Assembly: GCF_036365525.1 (NCBI RefSeq)
Contig: NC_090371.1
Coordinates: forward strand, 41,865,200-41,929,199
DNA from: Heterodontus francisci
Taxonomy: Eukaryota
Direction: 5' to 3'
DNA: 64,000 bases
Shown piece by piece: positions 23,114 to 37,026 of this stretch. Made by a program: the position numbers and the translations under genes. Each line of letters opens with the position of its first letter. Positions within the stretch are counted from its first letter, which is position 1. The notes below the pieces were generated by a model. That model did not search any database. It was given only the letters and a program-made list of their open reading frames with translations, and was not told the origin of the DNA.

Positions 23114-24000
23114 ACTATGTCATCTAGTGAAGATTGGAAGATTATGGCAAGACCTTCCACTATTTCCACCCCCACTTCCATTAGCAACCAGAGATGAAAG
23201 CCATCCAGACCAGGTGACTTATCTACCCTAAACATAGCCAGCCTTTTCAGTACCTCCTCCCTCAATTTTTACCTTAATCATTGCCTTTACTCTCTCCACT
23301 AACGATATTTCGTCATATTCCTCTTCCTTAGTAAACACCGATACAAAGTATTCTAGCGTTGCCCTGCATCTCTAAGCATTTATTACCCTCTTTGTTACTA
23401 ACAGGCCCACTCCACCTTTTACTACCGACTCACTATTTACATGCCGGTAGAACATTTTTGGGTTCCTTTTACATTGACTGCCAGTCTGTTCTCATATTCT
23501 CTTTGCCAATCTTATTTTCCTCTCCATCTCCTCTCTCAATTTACTGTATTTGGTCTGGTGCGCACTTGGTGAACTCACCTGGACATGCATCTACACCCTC
23601 TTTTTTTGTTTCGTGATCTCCATCTTCCTCATCATCCAAGGAGCCCTGTTTTTGGTTCCCCTACATTTTGCCCATGTTGGAATGTACCTAGCCTGCACCT
23701 GAATCAACTCTTCTTTAAAGATAACCCATTGTTCCATTACAGTTTTCCTGTCAGCCTTTGGTTCCATTTTATCCTGTCTAGATCATCGCATTGAAATTAG
23801 CTCTCTTTCAATCTAGCCATTGCTTTTCCACATTGAGTCTAAACTTTTTGATACGAAGATCACACTTAGCTAAGTGCTCCCCGACAGACAGTCCACTTTG
23901 GCCCATCTCATTCCCCAGCACCAGATCCAGCAATGGCTCCTCTTCAATTAGGTTGAGAACATACTGATCAAGGAAGTTTTCCTGAACACAACCGAGAAAT

Positions 24001-25939
24001 TTCCCCCTCAAATCTAAATCAGGGGAGATAATCACTGACCAACACAAACAAATGGACCGCTGGGTTGAGCACTACCTAGAACTGTACTCCAGGGAGAATG
24101 TTGTCACTGAGACCGCCCTCAATGCAGCCCAGCCTCTACCAGTCATGGATGAGCTGGACATACAGCCAACCAAATCAGAACTCAGTGATGCCATTGATTC
24201 TCTAGCCAGCGGAAAAGCCCCTAGGAAGGACAGCATTATCCCTGAAATAATCAAGAGTGCCAAGCCTGCTATACTCTCAGCACTACATGAACTGCTATGC
24301 CTGTGCTGGGACGAGGGAGCAGTACCTCAGGACATGCGCAATGCCAATATCACCCTCTATAAAAACAAAAGGTGACCGCGGTGACTGCAACAACTACCGT
24401 GGAATCTCCCTGCTCAGCATAGTGGGGAAAGTCTTTGCTCGAGTCGCTCTAAACAGGCTCCAGAAGCTGGCCAAGCGAGTCTACCCTGAGGCACAGTGTG
24501 GCTTTCGTGCAGAGAGATCGACCGTTGACATGCTGTTCTCCCTTCGTCAGATACAGGAGAAATGCCGTGAACAACAGATGCCCCTCTACATTGCTTTCAT
24601 TGATCTCACCAAAGCCTTTGACTTCGTCAGCAGACGTGGTCTCTTCAGACTACTAGAAAAGATTGGATGCCCACCAAAGCTACTAAGTATCATCACCTCA
24701 TTCCATGACAATATGAAAGGCACAATTCAAGATGGTGGCTCCTCATTAGAGCCCTTTCCTATCCTGAGTGGCGTGAAACAGGGCTGTGTTCTCGCACCCA
24801 CACTGAGATTTTCTTCTCCCTGCTGCTTTCACATGCGTTCAAGTGCTCTGAAGAAGGAATTTTCCTCCACACAAGATCAGGGGGCAGGTTGTTCAACCTT
24901 GCCCGTCTAAGAGCGAAGTCCAAAGTACGGAAAGTCCTCATCAGAGAACTCCTCTTTGCTGACGATGCTGCTTTAACATCTCACACTGAAGAATGCCTGC
25001 AGAGTCTCATCGACAGGTTTGCGTCTGCCTGCAATGAATTTGGCCTAACCATCAGCCTCAAGAAAACGAACATCATGGGGCAGGACGTCAGAAATGCTCC
25101 ATCCATCAATATTGGCGACCACGCTCTGGAAGTGGTTCAAGAGTTCACCTACCTAGGCTCAACTATCACCAGTAACCTGTCTCTAGATGCAGAAATCAAC
25201 AAGCGCATGGGAAAGGCTTCCACTGCTATGTCCAGACTGGCCAAGAGAGTGTGGGAAAATGGCGCACAGACACGGAACACAAAGGTCCGAGTGCATCAGG
25301 CTTGTGCCCTCAGTACCTTGCTCTACGGCAACGAAGCCTGGACAACGTATGTCAGCCAAGAGTGACGTCTCAATTCATTCCATCTTCGCTGCCTCCGGAG
25401 AATCCTTGGCATCAGGTGGCAGGACCGTATCTCCAACACAGAAGTCCTCGAGGCGGCCAACATCCCCAGCTTATACACACTACTGAGTCAGCGGCACTTG
25501 AGATGGCTTGGCCATGTGAGCCACATGGAAGATGGCAGGATCCCCAAAGACACATTGTACAGCGAGCTTGCCACTGGTATCAGACCCACCGGCCGTCCAT
25601 GTCTCCGCTTTAAAGACGTCTGCAAACACGACATGAAGTCCTGTGACATTGATCACAAGTTGTGGGAGTCAGTTGCCAGCGTTCGCCAGAGCTGGCGGAC
25701 AGCCATAAAGACGGGGCTAAAGTGTGGCGAGTCGAAGAGACTTAGTAGTTGACAGGAAAAAAGAGAGGTGCAAGGGGAGAGCCAACTGTGTAACAGCCCC
25801 GACAAACAAATTTCTCTGCAGCACCTGTGGAAGAGCCCGTCACTCTAGAATTGGCCTTTATAGCCACTCCAGGCGCTGCTTCACAAACCACTGACCATCT
25901 CCAGGCGCTTATCCATTGTCTCGAGATAAGGAGGCCAAA
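24001..25939 (+). mobile_element. 5'-truncated RTE-clade LINE (RT plus C-terminal C2H2-like finger)
   Basis: NYRGISLLSIVGKVFARV, EAQCGFR, FIDLTKAFD, GVKQGCVLAP, LLFADD, FTYLGS, RWLGHV..MEDGRIPK; GAGAAAT on both flanks (23994-24000 and 25940-25946). Confidence 0.95.
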
Positions 25940-25949
25940 GAGAAATGTC

Positions 25950-26704
25950 TGTCATGCAGCTAGGAAGAGAAGGCCTGATACAAGGGGGTGCCAAGCCTGG
26001 TTGGAAAGACATTTGAGTATTAGCATTTGCGTATTAGTATTTGTAGACAAAGGACCATTCTCTGACCCACCCAATACACAAAGCCAAAAGTGGTTAGACC
26101 AGTCACATGACAATCCTGTTGACCAACTTGGGGAGTTTTAAATTGTAGATAGTGTTTGAACTGGCAGAAAGCTCTTTGCTCCTGGACCGAAGAAGGCGTC
26201 CTGTCTGCTCCCATCTCTTTCTCACAGAACTGGAACCCCGAGGACACATGAACCCTAAGAGAAAAGTCTCCTACAATGAACAAGGTTTAAGTAAAATACT
26301 GGGCCCCAACAAAAAGCAAGATCCACCTACAAACAAGGACTCTACAGTGAGCTCAAAGACCCATAACTAAAAAAACTTCAGATATTGCCTCAAACCTTTC
26401 AATTTCAGTTTTACTTCTGCTCTTTCTGCCCCTATCTGCATGCATCACTTATGCATGCTAGCGTGGGTGCGTCATGTATCCATAGGTGTTAACCAAATTA
26501 GAGTTTAGGTTTAAGCTTATGCTTAATAAAATTTTCACCTTTCTTCCTTAAACCTAAAAAAGCCCAGTTCTTTGCCTTATAATTGTAAAACGGTGAACAA
26601 GGATTCACCAAGGGGGAGCTAAAACAGGTTTAAAAATAAAACCATTACAGTAGTACCAGGTGAAGGCTGAAAGGAAACCCTGGACCTCTCATCTGGTCAT
26701 AACA
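25950..26704 (+). mobile_element. Solo LTR, related to 38114-38945
   Basis: TGTCATGC...CTCATCTGGTCATAACA termini; shared interior with the 38114 copy (GAGAAAAGTCTCCTACA..AACAAGGTTTAAG..ATACTGGGCCCCAAC); AATAAA near 26525. Confidence 0.85.
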
Positions 26705-28644
26705 TCTTCCTTAATCAGTACTGCCACCCCACCTCCCTTTTTCCTTCTCTATCTTTTCTGAACACTTTTATATTCTTGTACATTAAGAGCCCAGTCCTCA
26801 CCATTTAAGCCACTACATCATATTCCCATACTGCTATTTGTGCTTGTAGCTCACCAACCTTATTCACCACACTTTGTGCGTTTACATGCATGCATTGTAA
26901 TTCTGTCTTTGCATTCCCCATAGTTCTCAGTCTCCCCTACCTAATATGGAACTACTTCCTTCTCTTTTACTATCCAACACTAACATTATGCACCTTATTC
27001 ATCATTTCTACTTCTATATCCTGGTGCCCATCCCCCTGCCAATTTAGTTTAAACCCTCCCCAACCACACTCGTGAAACTCTCCATGTGGACATTGGTCCC
27101 AGTCCTGTTGATGTGCAACCCATCCCTTTTGAATAGATGCCTTCTGCCCCAGAACTGTTCCCAGTCTCCCAAGAATCTGAAGCCCTTCCTCCTACAACAT
27201 GTCTCAAGCCACACAATGATCTTCCCTATCTTCCTATTTCTATTCTCACAAGCACATGGCACTTGGATTAATCCAGAGATTACTACCTTCGAGATCCTAT
27301 TCTAACTTCGTTAGCTGCTGAAAATCAGACCGTAAGACCTCAATATCTGCCCTCTCTGTCATTGGAACCAACATGTACCACAACTTCTGGCTCACTCCCT
27401 TCCCCCTGCAGAATATTCTGCACCCTCTTGGTCATGTCCTTTACCCTGGCACCAGGGAGGCAACAACATGCGGGACTCACTATGACTGTTACAGAAATGC
27501 CTGTCTGTTCCCCTGACTATGGAATATCTTGTAATAGCTACCTTTCTACACTTTGTTGCTCCCTCCTGTACAGTCCCTTGCCCATTGGTGCCAAGGTCCG
27601 GACTGCACTCTTTCAGGGTATTGGCACTCCCAGAAGTCCCCAATGCTGAGTACCTCACAGTGGCACACCCAATTCATTTTTTAAATCTTCATTTCAGAAA
27701 TTACTATTTCAATGGTCTAGTTTATTTGAAATGGAGGAGTTCTCCTGCTAACCTAGCATGGCTATTTCAATGTGGGTTGCAGTCATGCATTGCCACCCAG
27801 GCTTCCAAAGATTGGAAGAGTGACCACTTGCAAACTATATAAAAAAACTCTCAGCTAAGAGAAATATTCTCCCCAAACCAAAAGCACCTACTTGTTAAAC
27901 AGTACAACGGCAAAATTTAAACAACGTAATTAAATGATTGTTGGGCAAACCACAAATGGACATTTAGCCAAGAGCTGATTTATCACTAAGCAAATTCCAA
28001 AGGAATAAGGGATCCTTATATGCCTCAATATATCTCCTGAGCAACCTTTAATTTTGATGGCCAGCTTATCAGAAAAAGAATGGCTTAAATCTTCAAATAC
28101 ATGACTGTTGTATTACTAAGAAACATGTAACAAAGCTACTTGACATTTAAGTTCAAAGTATTGCACATCCCGTGCAATGCAGCACGAGACAGGTGTAAGA
28201 TAAGGAAATATCTAAAAGATTCTGACACTGTGCACTAATTATACACAGGATGCTAGCTGGGAGATTAGGAATCTGTACAACATCAAGGGTTTCAAATGGT
28301 ACAATGAACCCAAAATGTGAAGTATCAATAGCATCTACACTCTGAAATGCCACAAATTCAAAATCCAGAAAAAGAAACCCAAGCTTGCCCCTTAGTTCCT
28401 AGATCAGCTCACTACACGATTAGAAATATTGCAGATTCAGTCCTTGATCTGTTAGTGAAACTCAATTAGCCCACCAAAGCAGCCATTATATTTGGCCTCA
28501 ACATCCTCAGGGGTGAGGAACGGTTCACATTTATGAAAGTGTGACATACAATGGATGTGAATTGACTGAAAACAGGATCCACTCAAATAGCCAACACTTA
28601 CTGTTGAGTGTCACATGTGGCTATTTGGCAACATACTGAAACGC

Positions 28645-28960
28645 ATAGTGGCACAGTGGTTAGCACCACAGCTCCAACAACCCAGGTTCGATTCTGGGTA
28701 CTGCCCGTGTGGAGTTTGCAAGCATTCCCTGTGACCGCGTGGGTTTCCGCTGGGTGCTCCGGTTTCTTCCCACAGCCAAAGACTTGCAGGTTGATAGGGA
28801 AATTGCCCCTATTATAGGTAGGTGGTAGAGGAATTGAGGGAAGGTGGGGACGTGGTAGGAATATGGGATTAATGTAAGATTAGTATAAATGGGTGGTTGA
28901 TGGTCAGCACAGACTCGGTGGGCCAAAGGGCCTGTTTCAGTGCTGTATCTCTAAATAAAT
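28645..28960 (+). mobile_element. HE1-like V-SINE
   Basis: GTGGCACAGTGGTTAGCAC, GGTTCGATTC, V-domain, and tail CTGTATCTCTAAATAAA. Confidence 0.92.
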
Positions 28961-29384
28961 GTATTGCCAATCAGCAACACATTTGAGGTGCAGATGGCAT
29001 TGCAAAAACCACAAGACTGGTTTTCACTGCAACTATAATAGTTAATAATAACACTTAGTTTACTTGCAGAATACCTATGACATCTAATATTCTACATTAA
29101 TAGAGTATATTTACCCTCTAAATCAACAGCAACTTTGTAAATGTTTGAGAATTTAGCTTTTCAAAAATATAGGAAACTACAATAGCCCACATACACCCAC
29201 AAATCAAGATTTAGAAGGTCCTTGGAAATCAGGTAATTTATTTAATCTACATTGGACAATATTAAGATACAACCACCCAGTCTAAAATCATATTCTCAAA
29301 ATATTAATCAAAAAAATCTCCCTTTAAAGGAAACAAGTGACAAAATGTAGTTAAGGACATATCTGAATTGTCTACAAAAGAACT

Positions 29385-29810
29385 ATTAATGAGGATGAGG
29401 AAAGGTTGAGAAGATTGGGCCTACATTCATTGGAGTTTAGATAAATGGGGAGGTGATCTTATTGAAACACAAGATTCTGAGGGGGCTTGACAGGGTTGAT
29501 GTTGAGAGGATGTTTCCTGTTGTGGGGGAAATGTAGAACTCAGGGGCACAGTTTCAGAATCAGGATCCCCCATTTAAGACAGATGTGCAGGAATTTCTTC
29601 TCTCAAAGGCTCATGAATCTTTGGAATTCTCCAGAGCAGTGGAGGGGCTGGGTCATTGAAAATATTCAAAGTTGAGACAGATTCAACTATAGGGGAGTCG
29701 ACGGTGATGGAGAACGGGCAGGAAAGGGGAGTTGAGGCCAAAATCAGATCAGCCACGATCGTATTGAATGGCAGAGCAGGCCTACTCCTGCTTCTATTAC
29801 TCATGTTCTT
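29385..29810 (+). mobile_element. CR1 3' fragment
   Basis: RLGL..LEFR..GDLIE, RTQGHSFRI, NFFSQR..NLWNS, then the tail. Confidence 0.8.
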
Positions 29811-29854
29811 AGAAGAGCAGGATGTTAGAACTGTACAAAACACTGGACGGGCAG

Positions 29855-31510
29855 ACGGACCTTGGAGTGCATGTTCACAGTTCCCTGAACGTAGGAGGAC
29901 AGGTAGATAGATAAGGTGGTTAAGGCAGCAATAACAGAAAATGCTAGAAATACTCAGGTCAGGCAGCATCTGTGAAGAGAGAAAAACCAGAGTTAATGTT
30001 TCAGGATTCTTCTCCTTTATTAGCAGAGACAAATATAAAAGCAGGGAGGTTATGCTAGAACTATAAACGCTAGTTAGACCACAGCTGGAGTACTGCATTC
30101 AGTTCTGGTCACCGCATTACAGGAAGGATTGATCACACTGGAGAGGGTACAGAAGAAATTCACAAAGGAATAGAGAATTTTAACTGAGGAGAGACTGGAT
30201 AGGCCGGGGCAGTTTTCTTTGGCTCAGAGGAGACTGAGGACAGATTTAATTGCGCTGTCTAAAATTATGAGGGGCCTAGATAAAAGGGAATAGGAAGGTC
30301 TTATTTCTGTTAGCAGAAATATCCATAACCTGGGACATAGATTTTGAATAATTGAAAAGATTAGAGGGGAGCAATTTTTTTTCATCCAGAGAGTGGTGGG
30401 GACCTGGAATTCACTGCCCGAAAGGGTGGTAGAGGCAGAAACCCTCGTCGCATATATTATATAATAATGATTTGGACTTAAACGTGGAGGCATGATTGGG
30501 AAATTTGCAGATGACACAAAAATTGGCCGCATAGTTGATAGCGAAGAGGATAGCTGTAGACTCCAGAATGATATCAATGGTTTGGTTGCGTGGGTGGAAA
30601 AGTGACTAATGGAATTCAATCCGGAAAAGTGTGAGGTAATGCATTTGGGGAGGGCAAACAAAACAAGGGAGGATATTGACGGAAGAAGTGAGACGTTGGA
30701 CTGCATGTCCACAGCTCCCTGAAGGACAGGTAGATAAAGTGGTAACAAAGGCATATGGAATGCTTTCCTTTATTGGCTGAATATTGGCAGATAGAATGCT
30801 GGAACTGTATAAAATGCTGGTTAGGCCACAGCTGGAGTATTTTGGACAGTTCTGGTCACATTATAGGAAGGACATAATTGCTCTGGGCAGTACACAGAAG
30901 ATTTACAAGAATATTACCAGGGCTCGAAAGTTCCAGCTATGAGGAAAGATTGGATTAGCTGGGATGGTTTTCCTTAGAACAGTGGAAGCTGAGGGGTGAC
31001 TTAATTGAGGTGTACAAAATTATGAGTGGCCCAGATAGACAGGAAGGAGCAGTTTCCCCCTAGCGGAGAGGTAAATTACCAGGCAGCACAGATTTAAGGT
31101 GACTGGTAGAAGGATTAGAGAGAATATGAAAAGCTTTTTCACCCAGAGGGTGGTGGGTGTCTGGAATCCACTGCCCTGATCAGTGGCAGAAGCAGAAACC
31201 CTCAACTCATTTAAAAAAAAGGTACCTGGATATGCACCTGAAGTGGTGTAATCTGCAAGACTACAGTACAGGTGCTGGAAAGTGGGATTAGATTGGGCGG
31301 CTAGTTTTTTCAGCTGGCGCAGACACAATGGGCTGAATGGCCTCCTTCTGTACTGTAACTTTTCTATGGTTCTATACACTTGAAGTGCTGTAACCTACAG
31401 GGCTACGGACCAAAAGCTGGAAAGTGGGATTAAGCTGGATAGCTCTTTCTTGGCCAGCACAGATATGATGGGCTAAATGGTTTTCTTCTATGTCATAAAT
31501 TTTCTGTGTT
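29855..31510 (+). mobile_element. Two nested CR1 3' fragments (about 29855-30450 plus 31375-31510, and about 30460-31375) with a Penelope-like piece at about 29925-30005
   Basis: LVRPQLEYC and WNSLP blocks each occur twice, KFADDTK at about 30500, and there are two separate CR1 tails (31320-31375 and 31455-31510). Confidence 0.8.
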
Positions 31511-33374
31511 TCCTTTCTACTTTAGCTACTTTCTACTTCCATATTTAAATCCAAACTGGTGGCAGATTTAAGGAATTCAGAATTCAGGGGGCATAAACTT
31601 GTGTTTATATACGATTTATATGTTATTTAATGTAGAATAAATGACCAATTATTTCAGAGGCATAACAAAAACAAAAGCCTTGTATGATTTGCCACCTCAC
31701 ATGCTGATGCTGAAAAACCTGATCACAATAACATCACCCATTCATTGCAATCATGTTACTAAAGTAGGGACTTTAAAAGAACGTTTTATCTCCCACTCTG
31801 CTTCTATTTCAATTTAAATAGAAAGGAACAAAGACTTATGTACTTCTCCCAATCTAACTCGTACATTCTCAGAACTGCAGATTTTCTTGGTTTCCATAAT
31901 CTTCCCTTCTGCCCACAATATTCAAAATGGAAGCCTGACATCACCATTAATAATTTCATCATTTACTTCATGTTTTCTCTTACTCTCTGGTTGTGCATTC
32001 ATAGAACTAAAGCATTGTAAAGTTTATTTAACCTCTTAATTTATCTCATTTATAGAACTGAAATTTCAGTGTCTGTAAGATTGCAGTGAGTCTATCATAT
32101 GGCTAACTGGACTGCTTGCATGGCCAGATACTGTGTCTCAGCCCGATCTGAATCTTAACAGGCTATATCCTGGCCTACTCAGCTGTTCTGTCCAATCCAG
32201 CCTCTTTGCCCACTTGACTCAATCCAGCATCTTCCTGCTCACGTGGTACCAAACATGTGCTGCAGTTGAATGCCCATTTAAACATTTTTCTCACCACTTA
32301 GCCAGAGTGCGGAGAGGTAGGATACCCAATAGTGTGCGAGCTCTTTCCCGTCTTCAAGTTGGGTACCTGTGTACGTGGATGCGGGGAGGAAAGTTAAAGA
32401 TAAATATAATAGGAGAGGGCAGATCTCAACTAAACATCCAATATTCCTGTACAGGAAAAAAATATAGGAGTGTTCTCAAACAGGGTGCGCTCCCAGGCTC
32501 TTATTCACTCCCAGCCCCGTGAATCCATCTCAATTTCCTCACTCTGTCCTCTGCACCCAGGAGATACAGGATTGGAGATGATCACAGGGTCAGAGCTCTG
32601 AACTGTATTCCCATTCTTCACCAGGAAGTGAAAAAGGGAAAAGACACACACACACACACGTGTGGGAAGGTAACAGCGTGCAAGATATAGAGACGACTAA
32701 GGGAAGGAGATTTACACCAAAAGCATTTACCTGCACTATCCTGGAGCTCAGATGTACTCCTTCAATCCAGTTATCAGCCAAAAATCTTCTGAGAAAGCCA
32801 GTTTTCCAGATGATCAGGGAGCATCCAACATAATTACAACAGGAATATACAAGCTCTGAAAGTATGCAGAAAAAGGATAATGTGCAAGAGGATTGAGTTA
32901 TGAGGGAAAATAACTTTAGACCCTCTTGAAAGGAAGCAAAAAAAAAAATCTCCGAGCATGGTGTCCAAAAAAATTGGGTATTGGATCATAGCTGGCCTGC
33001 AAGCCCTGACCATCTGGCCCATGAAACCCAGGCAATTCACTTCCATCTGTTTTCATTTCTTACTCACTGGTCTGTCCTGCTCAAGATTGTTGGGCTGCTA
33101 CCTGGAATGCACTTTAAAAAAAAAACACTTTTGCCTCATTGGTGAAATCAGTTCTGAATCATAAGTTATCTGAATCTTTGGATATATAAAATTTAATGGG
33201 AAGGCTTAATTGTATTTTACACACTGTCCACTGGGCTCTGTGGTATGTAATTAAGTAGCCCACAGACAAAACACCTTGAGCACTCAAAGAATATAAAGGT
33301 GGTAAGTGGAATAGAAAAAAAATTAATCCTCAGCACTGTTTCAAGTTAAACCATAAGAACTTTCCATTTTGTAA

Positions 33375-33724
33375 CACCCTTTAGGACATCTGAAAGCACT
33401 TTACAGTCAATGTTGTAAATAAAGGAAACATGGCAGCCAACTTGCACACAGCAAAGTACTACAAAGAGCAATGAGATAGTGACTGGATTAAATCAGTTTT
33501 AATGAAGGAAAAATATTAACCAGGACACGGAGGGAAAACTCCCATTTTTCTTTTAATAGTGCCACAGGACCGTTCAGTGCCTCATCTAAAAGATGGCACC
33601 TCCAACAGTGCACAATATCTAGTACTGAAGCACCAATCTAAATTTGTGCACTCCAATGACAATGGCTTGCACCCACAATCTTCTGATTCAGAGGAGACTA
33701 TTACCCTCTGAGCCACAGTTGACA
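33375..33724 (-). mobile_element. DeuSINE (SacSINE1/AmnSINE1-like), old
   Basis: Minus strand: TGTCAACTGTGGCTCAG head, GGAGGTGCCATCTTTTAGATGAG, GTGTCCTGGTTAATATTT, TTGCTGTGTGCAAGTTGGCTGCC, GTAAAGTGCTTT. Family assignment is from memory of the Deu domain. Confidence 0.75.
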
Positions 33725-33844
33725 TCCCACTGCAGGACAAAAGAGAAAGGTAGAAATTGGAAGAAGACTAGTCTAGGCCCGATGTCAGGAAATACCTCTG
33801 CACACACATCAATAGTTGGAATGGTCTTCCAGGTAAAATGGAAG

Positions 33845-35130
33845 CAAAGGAACACAAGAAATAGCATCAGGAATAAACCATTCAGCCCTTCAAGCCATTC
33901 AATATGATCTGGCTGATTTGCTGCCTTAATTCCACCTTCCCCGATCGCTCCAGAGGTCAAAAATCTGTCCATCTCAGCCTCAAATATACTCAATGATGGA
34001 GCACCCACAACCATCAGAGGTAGACAATTCCAAAGAATCACAACACTGTGAAAGAATTCCTCTCACCTCAGTCCTAAATGATCAACCCCTTATCCTGAGT
34101 TGTATCTCCATGTTCTAGGTTCCCCACCGAAGTGAAATAACCTTTGATTACCTTGTCAAACGTCTCAGAATATTAGATTTCAATGAGATCACCTATTCTT
34201 CTGAACTCAAGGGTATATAGGCCTTATCCCAGGAACCGATCTACTGAACTTCACTGCACCTCCTCCGATGCAAGTACATTCATCCTTAGAGATGTAGATC
34301 AAAACCGTGCATAGTACTCCAGCTATGGTCTCACCAAAGCCCTGTAACGAATGTAGCAAGACTTCCTTATTCTTGTACTCCAATCCCCTTGCACTAAAGG
34401 CCAACATGCCAGTTGCCTTCCTAATTGCTTACTGGGTGTTCCTTGCACAGATACACCCAAGTGTCTCCGAACATTTAAAAGTTTCATGCTTTTTAAAAAA
34501 AATTGTTCTTACTGCCAAAGTGTATAACCTTACACTTCCCCACATTATACTCCATCTGCCACCTTGTTGTCCACTCACTTAACCAGTCTATCTCTTTGCA
34601 GCCTCTTGCATATGTACTCCTCACAGCATACATTCCCAACTAGCTTTGTATTGCCAGCAAACTTGGATACATTACTCTCAGTCTGATCAATTAAGTCATT
34701 AATATGGATTGTAAATAGCTAAGGCCCAGCACTGATCTTTGGGGATCACCGGTCACAAACTGTCAACTTGAAAATTTGCCTTTTGTCTCTGCATCCTGTC
34801 CATTAACCAATCATCCATTCATGCTAATATATTACCCGCAACTCCATGAGCCCTTATCTTGTGTATTAATTTTGTGTGGCACCATATCAAATGCATTTTG
34901 GAAATCCAAGTACTGTTTCCCCTTCAGCACCCTACTAGTTACATCCTCGAACTGGAACAAATTTATCAAACACTTTCTCTTTTGTAAAACCACCTTGACT
35001 GTCTGATCATACAATGATTTTCCAAGTGCATTAAGACTTCCTTAATAGATTTCAGCATTTTCCCCAATGCTAACTGGCCTTAGTTCCCAGTTTTCTCTCT
35101 CCCTTTCTTGAATAGTGGTGTTAGTTTGCT
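33845..35130 (-). mobile_element. Decayed CR1 LINE 3' portion
   Basis: YLDFQNAFDMVPH, MLAFSARGLEYKNKEVLL, LWNCLP, then the tail. Confidence 0.85.
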
Positions 35131-35636
35131 AAGAAATCTGTCAAGAGACAGATGCGATAGGGAGGCAAGGGGAGAATTGTTGATGGAATGATGCCAACTG
35201 GCCTCCCATATCTGTACTTATCTTTGTAACTTAAAGTATGTGTTATTGGATAAACCCCGCCAAACTGACAACTTTCACACCTAATCATTTGTTGTTAGCA
35301 ACCTTCAAAAACAACCTACCTCATACCCCAAAAAAAGCCTCATCAGGGAGAAGGGGATCTATTACCTCAAAGCTTTGCCCAGTTTTCTTTTTCTAGTAAA
35401 TATAAATACAGCCTCCTTATTCACTTACGTTGCATGCAATGACCTCAGGCAAAGCTGTTGTAAGCAACTGTGGCTACTAACACTCTTGCAGATCTGGGAA
35501 AGAACTACATACAGATTAAATATGTCATGTATTACCAATATTGTTAAGTAATACTGTATAATCATTGATACTTCATTGCTGGCAGCTCAAGCCATGGTGC
35601 ATAAATTAAATGAAGTGATCTGTATTTTACTAAATC

Positions 35637-35668
35637 AGAGATATATATATATATATATATATATCTCT
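35637..35668. repeat. (AT)12 microsatellite inside a perfect palindrome, AGAG(AT)12CTCT
   Basis: Read directly from the sequence. Confidence 0.9.
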
Positions 35669-36374
35669 ATCATGTAAATGTTTGTGCATTAAGGAAACGT
35701 AGCACATTATAGCCTCCTGATTCTCTGGTGTTGTTTGCCAGCACAGCATAATTTTAGACTGTTCCTTCAAGAGAACAGAAAAGCTACTCTAAACTGAGAG
35801 TGCACTGGTATCTATTTTCGATTCCTCATTTATATATAGGCCACCATTTGCCTAGAATTGCTCCAGCTGACCAATTTCAACTGCAGGCTAATTTAAGGTA
35901 CTTATGTGCATCCTAGTCCACAAACAGTAAAATAATCATGGCTCACTTTCCTGTTCCTTGACACTAAATCCAGTGGCTATCAGATCAGGGGCACGCAATT
36001 CATATCTATAGTACATCACCCTCTTGAGGGTGCTTGCTGTCACCAGCTGCTTCCAGCATAGCACAACGCACCCTCGTAGGAAGGGTACTCGTATGGGATA
36101 CCAGAGTGCAACAGAAGCAACTGAACTCGTGCTATCCTGACGTCGCAGCCCAACTGTGATGCCCATTGCTCAAATTTTGATTATGCAGGTCCATAGGGAT
36201 GAATTCATATATCACTCAAAGATCTAACACTGTTGCAAGAGAAGCCCAGCACTATTATTTAAAGGGCCAGGCACCAAACTTGTAGATAAAGGTAAATTTG
36301 AAGAACTTCAGCTATTGCAAAGTGTCTGAACTTACAGTGGAGTGTATCTTTTAAGTCCACTTGACAAGGCCAAT

Positions 36375-36525
36375 GGGCCTCAGGCTAACATCTCATCTAA
36401 AACATAGCTTCACCAATAGTGCAGCATCCCTCATAACTGCACTGGAGTGTCAACTGAGATTATCTGCCCAAGTTTCTGGAGTGCTGCTTAATCAATGATC
36501 TGCTGATTCAGTGGCCACAGTGCCA
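36375..36525 (-). mobile_element. DeuSINE 5' remnant
   Basis: ATCTCATCTAAAA...AGTGCAGCATCCCTCA..ACTGCACTGGAGTGTCA, similar to 33580-33720. Confidence 0.55.
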
Positions 36526-37020
36526 ACATTTACACCAGCAATCTTGGACTCCAAAACAGTGCCTAGGATATGAAAGCAACATTTTAAAAATCCATCTCAC
36601 CAAAATAAAATTCTTGATTTAATTTAATTTAAAAAAAGTACTCCTGAAGGCAATGTTACCACTCCATGCCCAAGATACTAGAGCACAAAGCTAACTGTTC
36701 ATCTCTAATTTATATGTCTCCCTTTTACACCTCCAGTAACAAATAATGTCTGGACCTTGGTCTTAACACTTGGTTCAAAAAAGCAAATTTTGTAAATGGA
36801 ATTGCTACAAGTGTTATTATTTTGGAAGACTCAGAACATTAGCACATGAAAAAAGTTTCTCCACCAAAAATAAGCCTCAAAACACCTCTATTGTAAAAGG
36901 TACTTTCTGCAGGTGGTGGAAGCCTTTTACTGTATAGAATGTGGATTATTAAATAGCAATGCAGAAAAACCCAGGAAATAATAAAAGGCACGCAAGAGGA
37001 AATGCAAAGCAAAAATCCAT

Positions 37021-37026
37021 TTTATT
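37021..37026 (-). terminator. Probable polyadenylation signal of FAM53A
   Basis: AATAAA on the minus strand about 690 nt after the stop codon, followed by U/GU-rich sequence (TGGATTTTTGCTTTGCATTTCCTCTTGCGTG). Confidence 0.65.

Larger units (their letters stand above)
21745..27650 (-). mobile_element. Decayed CR1 LINE (ORF1 esterase plus ORF2), host to a CR1 tail, an RTE and a solo LTR
   Basis: ORFs 22194-22463 (VPQGS, KFAD), 22688-22927, 23808-24047, 27044-27262 (DGLH, GEGLN*) and 27392-27658 (..SIVRGTDR). Confidence 0.88.
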
